The notes under the pieces are model-generated. The model was not told where the DNA came from. It was given only the letters and a program-made list of their open reading frames with translations, and made no database searches. The position numbers and the translations under genes were made by a program. From Collinsella aerofaciens (GTDB taxonomy: Bacteria; Actinomycetota; Coriobacteriia; Coriobacteriales; Coriobacteriaceae), in contig DBFRXD010000050.1 of the NCBI GenBank assembly GCA_048502435.1, positions 667 to 64,666 on the forward strand: a stretch of DNA of 64,000 bases, read 5' to 3'. Shown in pieces: positions 43,850 to 52,418 of the stretch (positions are counted from its first letter, which is position 1; each line of letters begins with the position of its first letter).

Positions 43850-44917
43850 CTAAACGGTAGGTTCAATCCCCAGGTGCTCAAAGGTGCGAAGGGTTGCCTG
43901 ACGGCCCTGCGGCGTACGAATCATCAACCCGCACTGCAGCAAATAGGGCTCATAGACATCCTCGAGCGTGCCCGGGTCCTCGCCCACCGCGCTGGCAAGG
44001 GTCGTAAGTCCCACGGCACGGCCGGAGAACGTCTTGGCGAGCGTCTCCAAAATGCGAATATCCATCCAGTCCAGACCGAGTTCGTCGATCTCGAAGAACT
44101 CGAGCGCCTGGCGACAGATATCGAGCTCGATGGGGCCGTTGCCGCGCACCTGTGCGTAATCGCGCACGCGCTTGAGCAGACGGTTGGCAAGACGTGGCGT
44201 GCCGCGCGAACGCGAGCCGATCTCGAGTGCACTGGGATGGTCGATCGTCACGCCCAGGATAGTCGCCGAGCGCGTCACAATCTGCGCGAGCTCCTCGACC
44301 GTGTAGTAATCCAGGCGATATGAAATGCCAAAGCGGTCGCGCAACGGGCCGGTCAACATGCCTGAGCGGGTCGTTGCCGCCACCAGCGTAAACTTGGGGA
44401 TATCCAGGCGAATCGAGCGCGCCGCCGGGCCTTTACCGATCACAATATCGAGCGCAAAGTCCTCCATCGCGGGATACAGGACTTCCTCGACCGAACGGTT
44501 AAGACGGTGGATCTCGTCGATAAACAGCACGTCACCCGGCTGCAGGTTGGTAAGGATAGCCGCCAGGTCGCCGGTGCGCGCGATGGCAGGGCCACTCGTC
44601 GTCTTGATCTGAGCGCCCAGCTCGTTAGCGATAACGGTGGCCAGCGTGGTCTTGCCCAGGCCCGGAGGACCCGAGAAGATCACGTGGTCGAGCGTCTCGC
44701 CACGGCTCTGCGCCGCTTCGATCAACACGCGCAGGCTTTGCTTGATGTGCTCCTGGCCGCAGTAATCGTCCAGGCGCTGAGGGCGCAAAGTGCGGTCGAC
44801 ATCGAGATCCTCGGCCGTCAGCTCCGAGCCCACCATGCGCTCGCCGTGCGCCATGGATGCCGCCGGCGAGTTACCGGGCGTCGCCCACAGGTCCTGAGAG
44901 TCATCGGCTTCCCACAT
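43850..44917 (-). CDS. ruvB: Holliday junction branch migration helicase RuvB
   Basis: Walker [10 protein letters not shown] and DEIHRL are present. The ATG at 44917 overlaps the ruvA stop (TGATG); a GTG at 44920 is the alternative start. Confidence 0.93.
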   Translation of the reverse strand: MWEADDSQDLWATPGNSPAASMAHGERMVGSELTAEDLDVDRTLRPQRLDDYCGQEHIKQSLRVLIEAAQSRGETLDHVIFSGPPGLGKTTLATVIANELGAQIKTTSGPAIARTGDLAAILTNLQPGDVLFIDEIHRLNRSVEEVLYPAMEDFALDIVIGKGPAARSIRLDIPKFTLVAATTRSGMLTGPLRDRFGISYRLDYYTVEELAQIVTRSATILGVTIDHPSALEIGSRSRGTPRLANRLLKRVRDYAQVRGNGPIELDICRQALEFFEIDELGLDWMDIRILETLAKTFSGRAVGLTTLASAVGEDPGTLEDVYEPYLLQCGLMIRTPQGRQATLRTFEHLGIEPTV

Positions 44918-45537
44918 CACGCATCCATTCCGAGTCGCTTAAGCGCCGCGCCGAGCAGATCCTCGACACGCATATTCTGCCCATCATACCCGCTCAGGGC
45001 AACATCGGTCTCCTGCGGGCTAAAGCCCATGGAAAGGAGCGCCGCACGGGCATCATCGATCGCCGAGGGAGCGGCAGCGGGCACGGGCATCGCAACCTGT
45101 CCGGGAATCACGTCGACCGGCACAAAGCCCTTATCCTTGGCAAAGGTGCTCTTGAGTTCCAGGATCAGGCGCTGAGCTGTCTTTTTGCCCACACCGGGTA
45201 CCTTGGCCATGCCCTTGTCGTCCTCGGCCATCACCAGCGAATACAGCTGCCCCACGGTATAGGTGGAAAGCACGGCAAGCGCCAGGCGCGGGCCAACGCC
45301 CGAAACGGACACGAGCCGGTCGAACATCGTGCGCTCATCCTTTGAGGAAAAACCGAAAAGTGTCATGGCGTCCTCGCGCACCTGCATACGCGTGTAGAGG
45401 CGGACCTCGCCACCGGGCGTCGGCAACGTGGCCGCAGTGCTGCCCGAAATGCCGAGCTCAAAGCCAACGCCCGACACATCGACGACAGCAGAGCTCATCG
45501 TGGACTCGACAAGCGTTCCGTGGAGCTGGGAAATCAT
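44917..45537 (-). CDS. ruvA: Holliday junction DNA-binding protein RuvA
   Basis: ORF 44917..45777. The ATG at 45537 gives a 206-aa protein, [11 protein letters not shown]...[14 protein letters not shown]...[16 protein letters not shown]. The start overlaps the ruvC stop (TGATG). Confidence 0.9.
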   Translation of the reverse strand: MISQLHGTLVESTMSSAVVDVSGVGFELGISGSTAATLPTPGGEVRLYTRMQVREDAMTLFGFSSKDERTMFDRLVSVSGVGPRLALAVLSTYTVGQLYSLVMAEDDKGMAKVPGVGKKTAQRLILELKSTFAKDKGFVPVDVIPGQVAMPVPAAAPSAIDDARAALLSMGFSPQETDVALSGYDGQNMRVEDLLGAALKRLGMDA

Positions 45538-46058
45538 CAGTATCCGGTTCCTCTCTGTTGATAGAACTCGCCACCAGTGAGGGCGCGGGTGCGGCTGAGG
45601 TTTACGTGGCAGATGGCGCAGGCCAGGGCATCGGCGGCATGGTCGGGATGCGGGTCGTGGTCGAGCTGTGTTAGCGTGCGTACCATGTAGGCGACCTGCC
45701 GCTTGTCCGCGGCGCCGGTGCCCACCACAGCCTGTTTGATCTGCATGGGCGTGTACTCGCCAATCTCGAGCGCGCACTCCGAAAGCGCCACAAGCGCAGC
45801 ACCTCGGGCATGCGCCGTGGGAATGGCCGAACGAACGTTGGCACCAAAGTAGATGCTCTCGACAGCAGCCGTGTCGGGTCGATAACGCTCAACGACATCC
45901 TTAAGGTCATGGGCGATATGCGACAGGCGCACCGCGAGCGGACTTCCGGCACTGGTCTCGATGCAGCCATAGGCACGGCAGCGAACCTCGCCACGCCGCT
46001 CCTCGATAATCCCCCAACCCGTATGAGCCAAACCGGGGTCAATGCCCAAGATAACCAA
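45537..46058 (-). CDS. ruvC: Crossover junction endodeoxyribonuclease RuvC
   Basis: ORF 45537..46079 (TTG). An internal TTG at 46058 is preceded by GGGGAGG and gives (M)VILGIDPGLAHTGWG, the usual RuvC N-terminus. The start choice is uncertain. Confidence 0.88.
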   Translation of the reverse strand: MVILGIDPGLAHTGWGIIEERRGEVRCRAYGCIETSAGSPLAVRLSHIAHDLKDVVERYRPDTAAVESIYFGANVRSAIPTAHARGAALVALSECALEIGEYTPMQIKQAVVGTGAADKRQVAYMVRTLTQLDHDPHPDHAADALACAICHVNLSRTRALTGGEFYQQRGTGY

Positions 46059-46113
46059 GCCGACCTCCCCTCGCCACAAGCACAGCGCAAGGCAAGGCCC
46101 CGCGCATCATTCA

Positions 46114-46127
46114 CGAACGTCTGTTCT
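46114..46127. promoter_or_regulatory. LexA (SOS/Cheo-type) box candidate upstream of ruvC-ruvA-ruvB
   Basis: CGAACGTCTGTTCT contains GAAC-N4-GTTC. It lies about 55-70 nt upstream of the ruvC start candidates. Confidence 0.55.
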
Positions 46128-46194
46128 AGAATAACACAACGCTAGCCCTATAAGTCAGCCGAGATCGAATTGTAGGTTGAGTATACGCAAGCGA

Positions 46195-46292
46195 GCGCCC
46201 GCCAGAGCGAGCAAGGTGCCTTGAAAGAGGAGGGCATTGACCTGGCGGTCATGTCCGACGATTGAAAGGCAGATTGCCGCTCTGGCGGGCGC
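46195..46292. repeat. Perfect 15-bp inverted repeat enclosing a 68-nt loop, immediately 3' of the NadE-like gene
   Basis: GCGCCCGCCAGAGCG (46195-46209) pairs with CGCTCTGGCGGGCGC (46278-46292). The loop contains a small hairpin CAAGG-TG-CCTTG and two TTGAAAG repeats. Confidence 0.7.
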
Positions 46293-46300
46293 GCAGCGAC

Positions 46301-48286
46301 CTAGTTCTGAGAGAAGAACGGGAATTGTCGGGGATCAACCGGCGGATGCGGCATCGGGCCACCCTGGGGACTACCTTGCGAGCCGCCCTGACCGCCCATC
46401 ATCTTATCGATGGCGTCCTGAACCTCGCCCTCGAACTTTTTCATTCCCTCGTGCAAACGACGCTGACCGTCCTCGGAGCGCAGCTCCTCCATTTGCTCGG
46501 GCGAAATACCCAGCAGCTCGCCCAGCACGCCCATCATCTCGTTTCGCACGCGCTCGCTCGTATCCTCGTCAGCAAAACGGCGCACCTCGGCGTGCGCCAG
46601 CGAATCGACCGACATGCGCTCCTTGCCGTTAAGCCCCAGGTCGGACCACGCGAGCATGTACGGCCAGGCACGCTCGGCAAACGAACGGGACGAGACGATC
46701 GGCGCCGTCGGCAACATGCGGCGGGCAGCCTCGCCCTGTCGAACGAGCATCAGCAGCAGCGAGCAGGCCTCGGGCTTGCCGGCGGCCATCGGGATGTCGT
46801 CGAAAGGACGGTTGCGGTCGACGTGTGACTCGAGCGTGCCATCGACCTCGCCCGGCTCAAGTCCGCCGAGCAGCTGCGCCGCACGATCGAGCATGTCGAC
46901 CGGGCCGTCGAGCGTCGAGAGCGCCCGCGCCAGCACGCGCTCCATGCAATCCTCCACCGCGTTGAGCGTCACGAGCTCCTGCGGCACCACGGCAGACGTA
47001 CGGTTGCGCACACGCGCCACAAACTCGAGCGTCGACAGGTATACGTCACCAAAGGGCGCGTAATCGCCCTGGTAGCCGCCGCAAAGCGCGGGCGCCGCCA
47101 GCGCGTACTCAGTTTTGGACAGCGGGCTCAACGCCATCGCACCCAGCTCGAGCGCCGTGTCCTCCAGCATGAGACCCAGCGTGCGAGAGCGCAGGCGCTC
47201 GGCGTCGCCCGCCGACACATTGCGGTCGAGCACACGCGCAGCATCCGGCGCATCGCGCTCGACGGTGCGAATGTGCAGGCGCTCGGCAATGGCGCGAACG
47301 GCGGCACAGCGAGCAGCCTCGGCCTCCTCCTGCGCCGGCGTAAAGATGCGGTTGCGCCCCAGCACCAGGCCGACCACATTGCGCGGACCCAGGGCGTCGA
47401 CGGCAAGCGCCGCAAGCAAAGACGACGGCAAGTCGCCCTCGAGCGCCACCACGGCGCGCGACGTACCGCGGGCGCGGGCGTTATCGCGAACGGCGAGCAC
47501 CAGCGCCTGCCACAGCCATTCCTCGGAGCGAAACTCGGGCAGCTCGTGGTCCTCCAAGGCATCGAGCATCACACCGCGCTGGATCTCCTGAACCAGCAGG
47601 CTCTCCTCAAAACACGGCGCTTGGGCCACCACGCGGCCGCAGTCGTCGAGCACAAACGAGCCGCCGGTATACACCGACTCATCGTACGCACCGACCGGCG
47701 CCATGCAGGCAAACCACACACTGCGCTTAGATGCGATCTTGCGGTAGGCTCCGCTGCGCACGGCGGCGATCGCAGCGCTCTCGCGGTCGGTCATATCAAA
47801 CGCGTTGAACTGGAAATAGGCGATGAGGTCGACGCCGGTCGGCAGCATCTCGAGCTCGCGGTCCAAGTCGAAGATCACGGCGATACGCACGCCGTCCACA
47901 TCGAAGACTGGCGGCGCCCAACGGGCATCGCCGGTCCCACCGCGCTGCAGGGCAATGCTCGAACGGGCCGGCACCACATGGCCGTCCTTGAGCATCATGT
48001 AGTCGAGCAGGGGCTGGCCCTCAAACGAAACTGCCGCGGGCACGATGCAGATCATATCGAGCTCTTGGATACGCTCGGCGACGCCGGTCAAGCCGGCAAG
48101 TATGTCGTGCTCAAAGTCGGCAGCGCCCACCAGGCCGCCGGGCAGGGCTCCCATAAAGAGCGGAGCCGGCACGCACAACACGCGCGCACCGCGCTCATGG
48201 GCCAGGCGCGCCTGGTCCTCGATGCGACCGCAGATACCCTCAATATCACCCAGGCGCATATCGATCTGTGCAAGTGCGAGCTTCAT
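46301..48286 (-). CDS. Glutamine-dependent NAD+ synthetase (NadE)-like protein with substituted catalytic motifs (probable pseudoenzyme)
   Basis: 661-aa ORF with a two-domain layout (CN-hydrolase-like N-terminus and NAD-synthetase-like C-terminus, e.g. LLAALAVDALGPRNVVGLVLG and APFGDVY). The expected PE, K and C of the glutaminase triad read VPAP, VPARS and VIFDLD. The PP-loop SGGxDS reads EGDLPS. Confidence 0.7.
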   Translation of the reverse strand: MKLALAQIDMRLGDIEGICGRIEDQARLAHERGARVLCVPAPLFMGALPGGLVGAADFEHDILAGLTGVAERIQELDMICIVPAAVSFEGQPLLDYMMLKDGHVVPARSSIALQRGGTGDARWAPPVFDVDGVRIAVIFDLDRELEMLPTGVDLIAYFQFNAFDMTDRESAAIAAVRSGAYRKIASKRSVWFACMAPVGAYDESVYTGGSFVLDDCGRVVAQAPCFEESLLVQEIQRGVMLDALEDHELPEFRSEEWLWQALVLAVRDNARARGTSRAVVALEGDLPSSLLAALAVDALGPRNVVGLVLGRNRIFTPAQEEAEAARCAAVRAIAERLHIRTVERDAPDAARVLDRNVSAGDAERLRSRTLGLMLEDTALELGAMALSPLSKTEYALAAPALCGGYQGDYAPFGDVYLSTLEFVARVRNRTSAVVPQELVTLNAVEDCMERVLARALSTLDGPVDMLDRAAQLLGGLEPGEVDGTLESHVDRNRPFDDIPMAAGKPEACSLLLMLVRQGEAARRMLPTAPIVSSRSFAERAWPYMLAWSDLGLNGKERMSVDSLAHAEVRRFADEDTSERVRNEMMGVLGELLGISPEQMEELRSEDGQRRLHEGMKKFEGEVQDAIDKMMGGQGGSQGSPQGGPMPHPPVDPRQFPFFSQN

Positions 48287-48326
48287 GGCTCAGCCCTTTC
48301 CGTCGTAAACCATCGTTGTCGTAGTA

Positions 48327-48357
48327 AAAGCGCCGGCCGCATGATGCAGTCGGCGCT
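48327..48357 (-). terminator. Terminator candidate after the superoxide reductase gene
   Basis: AGCGCCG...CGGCGCT forms a 7-bp stem. The minus strand continues TTTAC, a weak T run. Confidence 0.4.
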
Positions 48358-48403
48358 CGCATGTGCATATGCTAGCTATGATACCCCGAGCGGGGGCGCG
48401 CTC

Positions 48404-48766
48404 CTAGAACGTCGCGGACCACAGCCCGTGCAGGTTGCAATAGGCATAGACGGTACCGGTCTTGGAGCCGCCGGCAAAAAACGTCGCGGGCTTCATGCCG
48501 GGCTGGAGGTAATGGACCTCCAGACGGCCCTCGGCCTCAAGGGCAATCCACTCGATGTAGTGCTCGGGCGCCATAGGATGCTCGACCGAGCCCACGCGCG
48601 CACGGATCACGTGACCGTCGCGCTCGCTCTCGACGACGGGCACGTGCTTCTCGTGCGCCGCGTCCTCGGTGTTCGCGGTCAGCTCCGTGCAGCCGGCAGG
48701 GGTTGCAACGTCGTTGCCCAGGGCGGCAATGAGCTTGCCATCGGGGTCCTTAAAGAATTTCGCCAT
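48404..48766 (-). CDS. 1Fe superoxide reductase (neelaredoxin / desulfoferrodoxin family)
   Basis: ORF 48404..49150. The ATG at 48766 follows AAGGAGA and gives a 120-aa protein, MAKFFKDPDGKL...EKHVPVV...EHPM...HYIEWI...YCNLHGLW, carrying the SOR iron-ligand motifs. Confidence 0.85.
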   Translation of the reverse strand: MAKFFKDPDGKLIAALGNDVATPAGCTELTANTEDAAHEKHVPVVESERDGHVIRARVGSVEHPMAPEHYIEWIALEAEGRLEVHYLQPGMKPATFFAGGSKTGTVYAYCNLHGLWSATF

Positions 48767-48915
48767 GATGTTCTCCTTTGCTGATGTGCCGATGTTCTTG
48801 AGGTTCTTATGCCCAAAGGCAAGCGAACCATCCACGACATCGCAAATGAACACATAACGAGCGGGGACGATGGGGCAACGTGCGCTATCCGCCCTGGCGG
48901 CCCCACCCGAGCGGG

Positions 48916-51900
48916 TTAGCGCCCGTCGCCGCCGAGCAGCGCCAGAACGTCCTCGCGGGTAAACAGCGCCGAGGAGATGCCGTCGCCGCCGAGCACGCTG
49001 TTGACCAGGTCGCGCTTGGACTCCTGCATCTGCATGATGCGCTCCTCGATCGTGTCCTTGGCGATGAGCTTGTACACGGTCACGGTATGTTGCTGGCCAA
49101 TACGGTGCGCGCGGTCGGTCGCCTGGTCCTGCGCGGCCACGTTCCACCACGGGTCGTAGTGGATGACCACGTCGGCCGCCGTCAGGTTGAGGCCCACGCC
49201 GCCCGCCTTGAGCGAGATCAGAAACACCGGCACCTCGCCCGCCTGGAACTGCGCGACCATCTTGGCGCGGCTCTCCTTGGACGAAGCGCCCGTGAGCTTA
49301 AGAAAGCCGATGTCCTCCTTGGCCAGGCGCTTGCCAATGATATCGAGCATGCCCGTGAACTGGCTGAACAGCAGAATGTGGTGCCCGCCGTCGAGCGCAC
49401 CGTGCACGAGCTCCATGCAAGCGTCGAGCTTGGCGCTCCCTGCCTTGTAGTCCTCGTAGTGTAGATGCGGGTCGCAGCAGATCTGGCGCAGCTTGGTGAG
49501 CTCGGCGAGCACCTTGAGTTTGTCTTTCTTAAACTCGGATGCCTCGCGGTGCTGCACCTGCTGGGCGATGCGCTCTTGGTTGGCCAGGTAGAGCTTGCGC
49601 TGTTCGCCGGTGAGCTGCGCCATGACGGTGTCTTCGATCTTCTCGGGCAGGTCAGCAACCACGTCTTCCTTGACACGGCGCAGCACAAACGGCGACACGA
49701 GCGCTTGCAAGCGAGCGGCGCTGTCACCCTCGGCGTGCTCGACCGGGCTTTCGAAGCGCTTGGCAAACGACTCGCGCGTGCCAAGCAGGCCCGGCATCAA
49801 AAAGTCGAAGATGCTCCAGAGCTCGGACAGGCGGTTTTCGATGGGCGTTCCCGTCAAGGCAAAGCGCACGCCGGCCGGCAAACGCTTGGCAGCGCGGGCC
49901 ACCTGCGTGAGCGGGTTTTTAATGTACTGGGCCTCGTCGAGCACAACGCGGGCAAAGTCCTGCTCGGCATACTCGTCGACATCGCGGCGCATGAGGTCAT
50001 ACGATGTCACGACCACGTTATGCTCGTCGGCGCCGGCTATCTGCACGCGGCGCTGCGCTTTGGCGCCCACAATGGCACACACATCGAGCGAAGGCGCAAA
50101 GCGCTCCAGCTCGGCGGTCCAGTTGTACACAAGCGACGCAGGACATACCACGAGCGTGGGCTTAGTGTCCCCCGCCTCCACGCGCGCCAGGATATGTGCG
50201 ATCATCTGCAGCGTTTTGCCCAGGCCCATATCGTCGGCCAAGATACCGCCGAGGCCCAGGTGTTCGAGCGAGCCAAGCCACTGGTAGCCGTCGACCTGGT
50301 AGCCGCGCATCGTTGCCTTGAGCGATGCCGGCACCGTAAAGTCCATCTTGCCGAGCGTGTCCAGGCGCTCGACGGTACGGCGGAACGCCGCGTCGCGATC
50401 GGCCTCGAGCGCGGGTGTGCGCGCAAGCATGCTATCGACGAACAGGGTGCTCGACGCGGGAAGCGAAACGCCGTCGAGCAGGTCGACAGCATCGACCCCC
50501 AAATCCTCGGCAAGGCCAAACGCGGCGCGGGCACCCTCGTCCAGGCGAATGATGTCGCCCGACGTGAGACGCGCAAACGTCTGGTGGCGCTTATATGAAT
50601 CGAGATAGATGGCAAGATCTGCCGCCGAAAGACCGCTCGCGCCCAGTTCGACATCGAGCAGGTTGCTCTTGACGGTCGCGCACACCGAGAGCTTGGGCGC
50701 AGGGCGAACCGAGACCTGGCGCAGGCGGTCGCTGAGCATGACCTCGCCCAGCTCGGACAGGGCGGACAGGCCCTCGGTCAGCAAGTGGAACAGGCTCTCG
50801 TCGTCGCGCTCCTCAAACGCCAGGCCGCCCTCGTAAAAGTCGAAATACAGGGCCGCCGTGTCCATAACGCGAAACTCTGCTATCTCGTCGCGCGGCGGCA
50901 CGCCCGGTCGCTGCTCTTCGAAGAGGCTGCCCGGAGCGCCCAGGCTAAAGAGATCTGCCGACCAGTCGCCGTAGGCAACTGTAATCTTGCAGGTCACAAG
51001 CCCATCATCGACACCGATTGCCATGGCAAAGCTCGGCTCGGGCGCCACGGTGTCGAGCACGGCGGGAGCGGTGAGGTCGGTGTATTCGCGTAGCACGGGC
51101 AGCGCCATGCGGCAGAATTCGCCCACCTGTTCGGCGGCGATATGGACCGGCGCGCGACAGGGCAGCAGACGCGACAGAAACGGTGCGGCATGCTGGGCAA
51201 ACGCCGCATCGGCGCGGCGCGCGCGGTGCGCGTCGACCAGATAGGCAACGTCGCCCGAGGCAAAGCAGTACATATCGGCGGGCAGGCGCAGGTCGTAGCT
51301 GCCACCGGCCGCCGGCGCGATCTTGGCGGCAAGGAGCGGCGGTTGTTTTGCCGAGGCCTCGTCCTCCCCCACCGGCGACAACTCAACCGCTAACTCGTAG
51401 GAACGATGCGTCGTCGTTCCCCGCGACCAGGCGGGCTCAAAGGAGATGGTCCGGCCACGCAGCAAGTCCAGCACATATACGATGTCATGCTCGGACAGCG
51501 GCAGCTGGCGCTCGGCGACAAAACCGCTGCGTGCAAAATCGTACGACGCCGAACGCGAGCTTGTGATGTCGCTCAGATACACAACCGTTGCCACAACAAG
51601 GTCGAGCAGACGCACCGAAACCTCGTCAAAGGCCTCGGGCGTATGGAGGAATGTGAGCTTCTTGCCGTACGAGAACGTGCCGCCGCGCACGTAGGCGGCG
51701 GCCATGCCGTCGATGTCCTTGACCACGTAGGACACCGAGCCGCAGCGGATGCGAAGCTCGAGCGCCCAGCTAAAGCGGTCGGCGAACAGCGGATTGTAGT
51801 ACGGCACCAGCGAGGGCTCCAACACCGCCTTGGGGGCATCGGGGTCGACAGTACCGGCGAGCTTGCGGCGCATGCCCGCCAACTCATCCATGCGCGCGTC

Positions 51901-52380
51901 CGAAAGATCGGAGAGCGCCTTCATGAGGCTCGGGCTCGTGGGGACGGGCGCCGGGAAGGGAAAGTTAGGGTTGACCGCCGGTGCGGCAGACGCAGGACGC
52001 GCGGCTTGCTTAGGCGCCGCCGTAAACGTGCGAACCGGTGTGCGCAGGCCCTCGACGGGATCGGCGCCGCTTGCGTCCAGATACGCAAGCGCCGTGGCGA
52101 TGGCGTGCTTGCACATGCCGGGGTAGCGATAGGCAGCGGGGCAATCGCAGTCGTAGTCGATCACCTCGTGCTCGTCCATATCGAGTTCCACATGCGTCTT
52201 GTACAGGTCGCCGCGCGAGCCGCGCACCGAGCCCTCAACCGTCACGTTTTTGGAGAAGCGCGAGCCGCTGTCCTCGATCGACAGCACGGCGCCGTTGAGC
52301 ATGAGCGAACGCCCCTTCATAAAGGTGCCGCTCAACGCCGCCTCTTTGCGAAGCGCCTGCACAAACGTCCCCTGTGCCAT
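48916..52380 (-). CDS. SNF2-family helicase with an N-terminal SWIM zinc finger
   Basis: ORF 48916..52410. The ATG at 52380 follows GGAGGAAG. The SWIM motif is CDCPAAYRYPGMCKHAIA. Helicase motifs: ILADDMGLGKTLQ, DEAQYIKN, LTGTPIENRLSELWS, SLKAGGVGLNLT, DPWWNVAAQDQATDRAHRIGQ. Confidence 0.9.
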   Translation of the reverse strand: MAQGTFVQALRKEAALSGTFMKGRSLMLNGAVLSIEDSGSRFSKNVTVEGSVRGSRGDLYKTHVELDMDEHEVIDYDCDCPAAYRYPGMCKHAIATALAYLDASGADPVEGLRTPVRTFTAAPKQAARPASAAPAVNPNFPFPAPVPTSPSLMKALSDLSDARMDELAGMRRKLAGTVDPDAPKAVLEPSLVPYYNPLFADRFSWALELRIRCGSVSYVVKDIDGMAAAYVRGGTFSYGKKLTFLHTPEAFDEVSVRLLDLVVATVVYLSDITSSRSASYDFARSGFVAERQLPLSEHDIVYVLDLLRGRTISFEPAWSRGTTTHRSYELAVELSPVGEDEASAKQPPLLAAKIAPAAGGSYDLRLPADMYCFASGDVAYLVDAHRARRADAAFAQHAAPFLSRLLPCRAPVHIAAEQVGEFCRMALPVLREYTDLTAPAVLDTVAPEPSFAMAIGVDDGLVTCKITVAYGDWSADLFSLGAPGSLFEEQRPGVPPRDEIAEFRVMDTAALYFDFYEGGLAFEERDDESLFHLLTEGLSALSELGEVMLSDRLRQVSVRPAPKLSVCATVKSNLLDVELGASGLSAADLAIYLDSYKRHQTFARLTSGDIIRLDEGARAAFGLAEDLGVDAVDLLDGVSLPASSTLFVDSMLARTPALEADRDAAFRRTVERLDTLGKMDFTVPASLKATMRGYQVDGYQWLGSLEHLGLGGILADDMGLGKTLQMIAHILARVEAGDTKPTLVVCPASLVYNWTAELERFAPSLDVCAIVGAKAQRRVQIAGADEHNVVVTSYDLMRRDVDEYAEQDFARVVLDEAQYIKNPLTQVARAAKRLPAGVRFALTGTPIENRLSELWSIFDFLMPGLLGTRESFAKRFESPVEHAEGDSAARLQALVSPFVLRRVKEDVVADLPEKIEDTVMAQLTGEQRKLYLANQERIAQQVQHREASEFKKDKLKVLAELTKLRQICCDPHLHYEDYKAGSAKLDACMELVHGALDGGHHILLFSQFTGMLDIIGKRLAKEDIGFLKLTGASSKESRAKMVAQFQAGEVPVFLISLKAGGVGLNLTAADVVIHYDPWWNVAAQDQATDRAHRIGQQHTVTVYKLIAKDTIEERIMQMQESKRDLVNSVLGGDGISSALFTREDVLALLGGDGR

Positions 52381-52418
52381 CACTTCCTCCAATCTCGCGC
52401 GGACCAGCAAGGTCGCCC

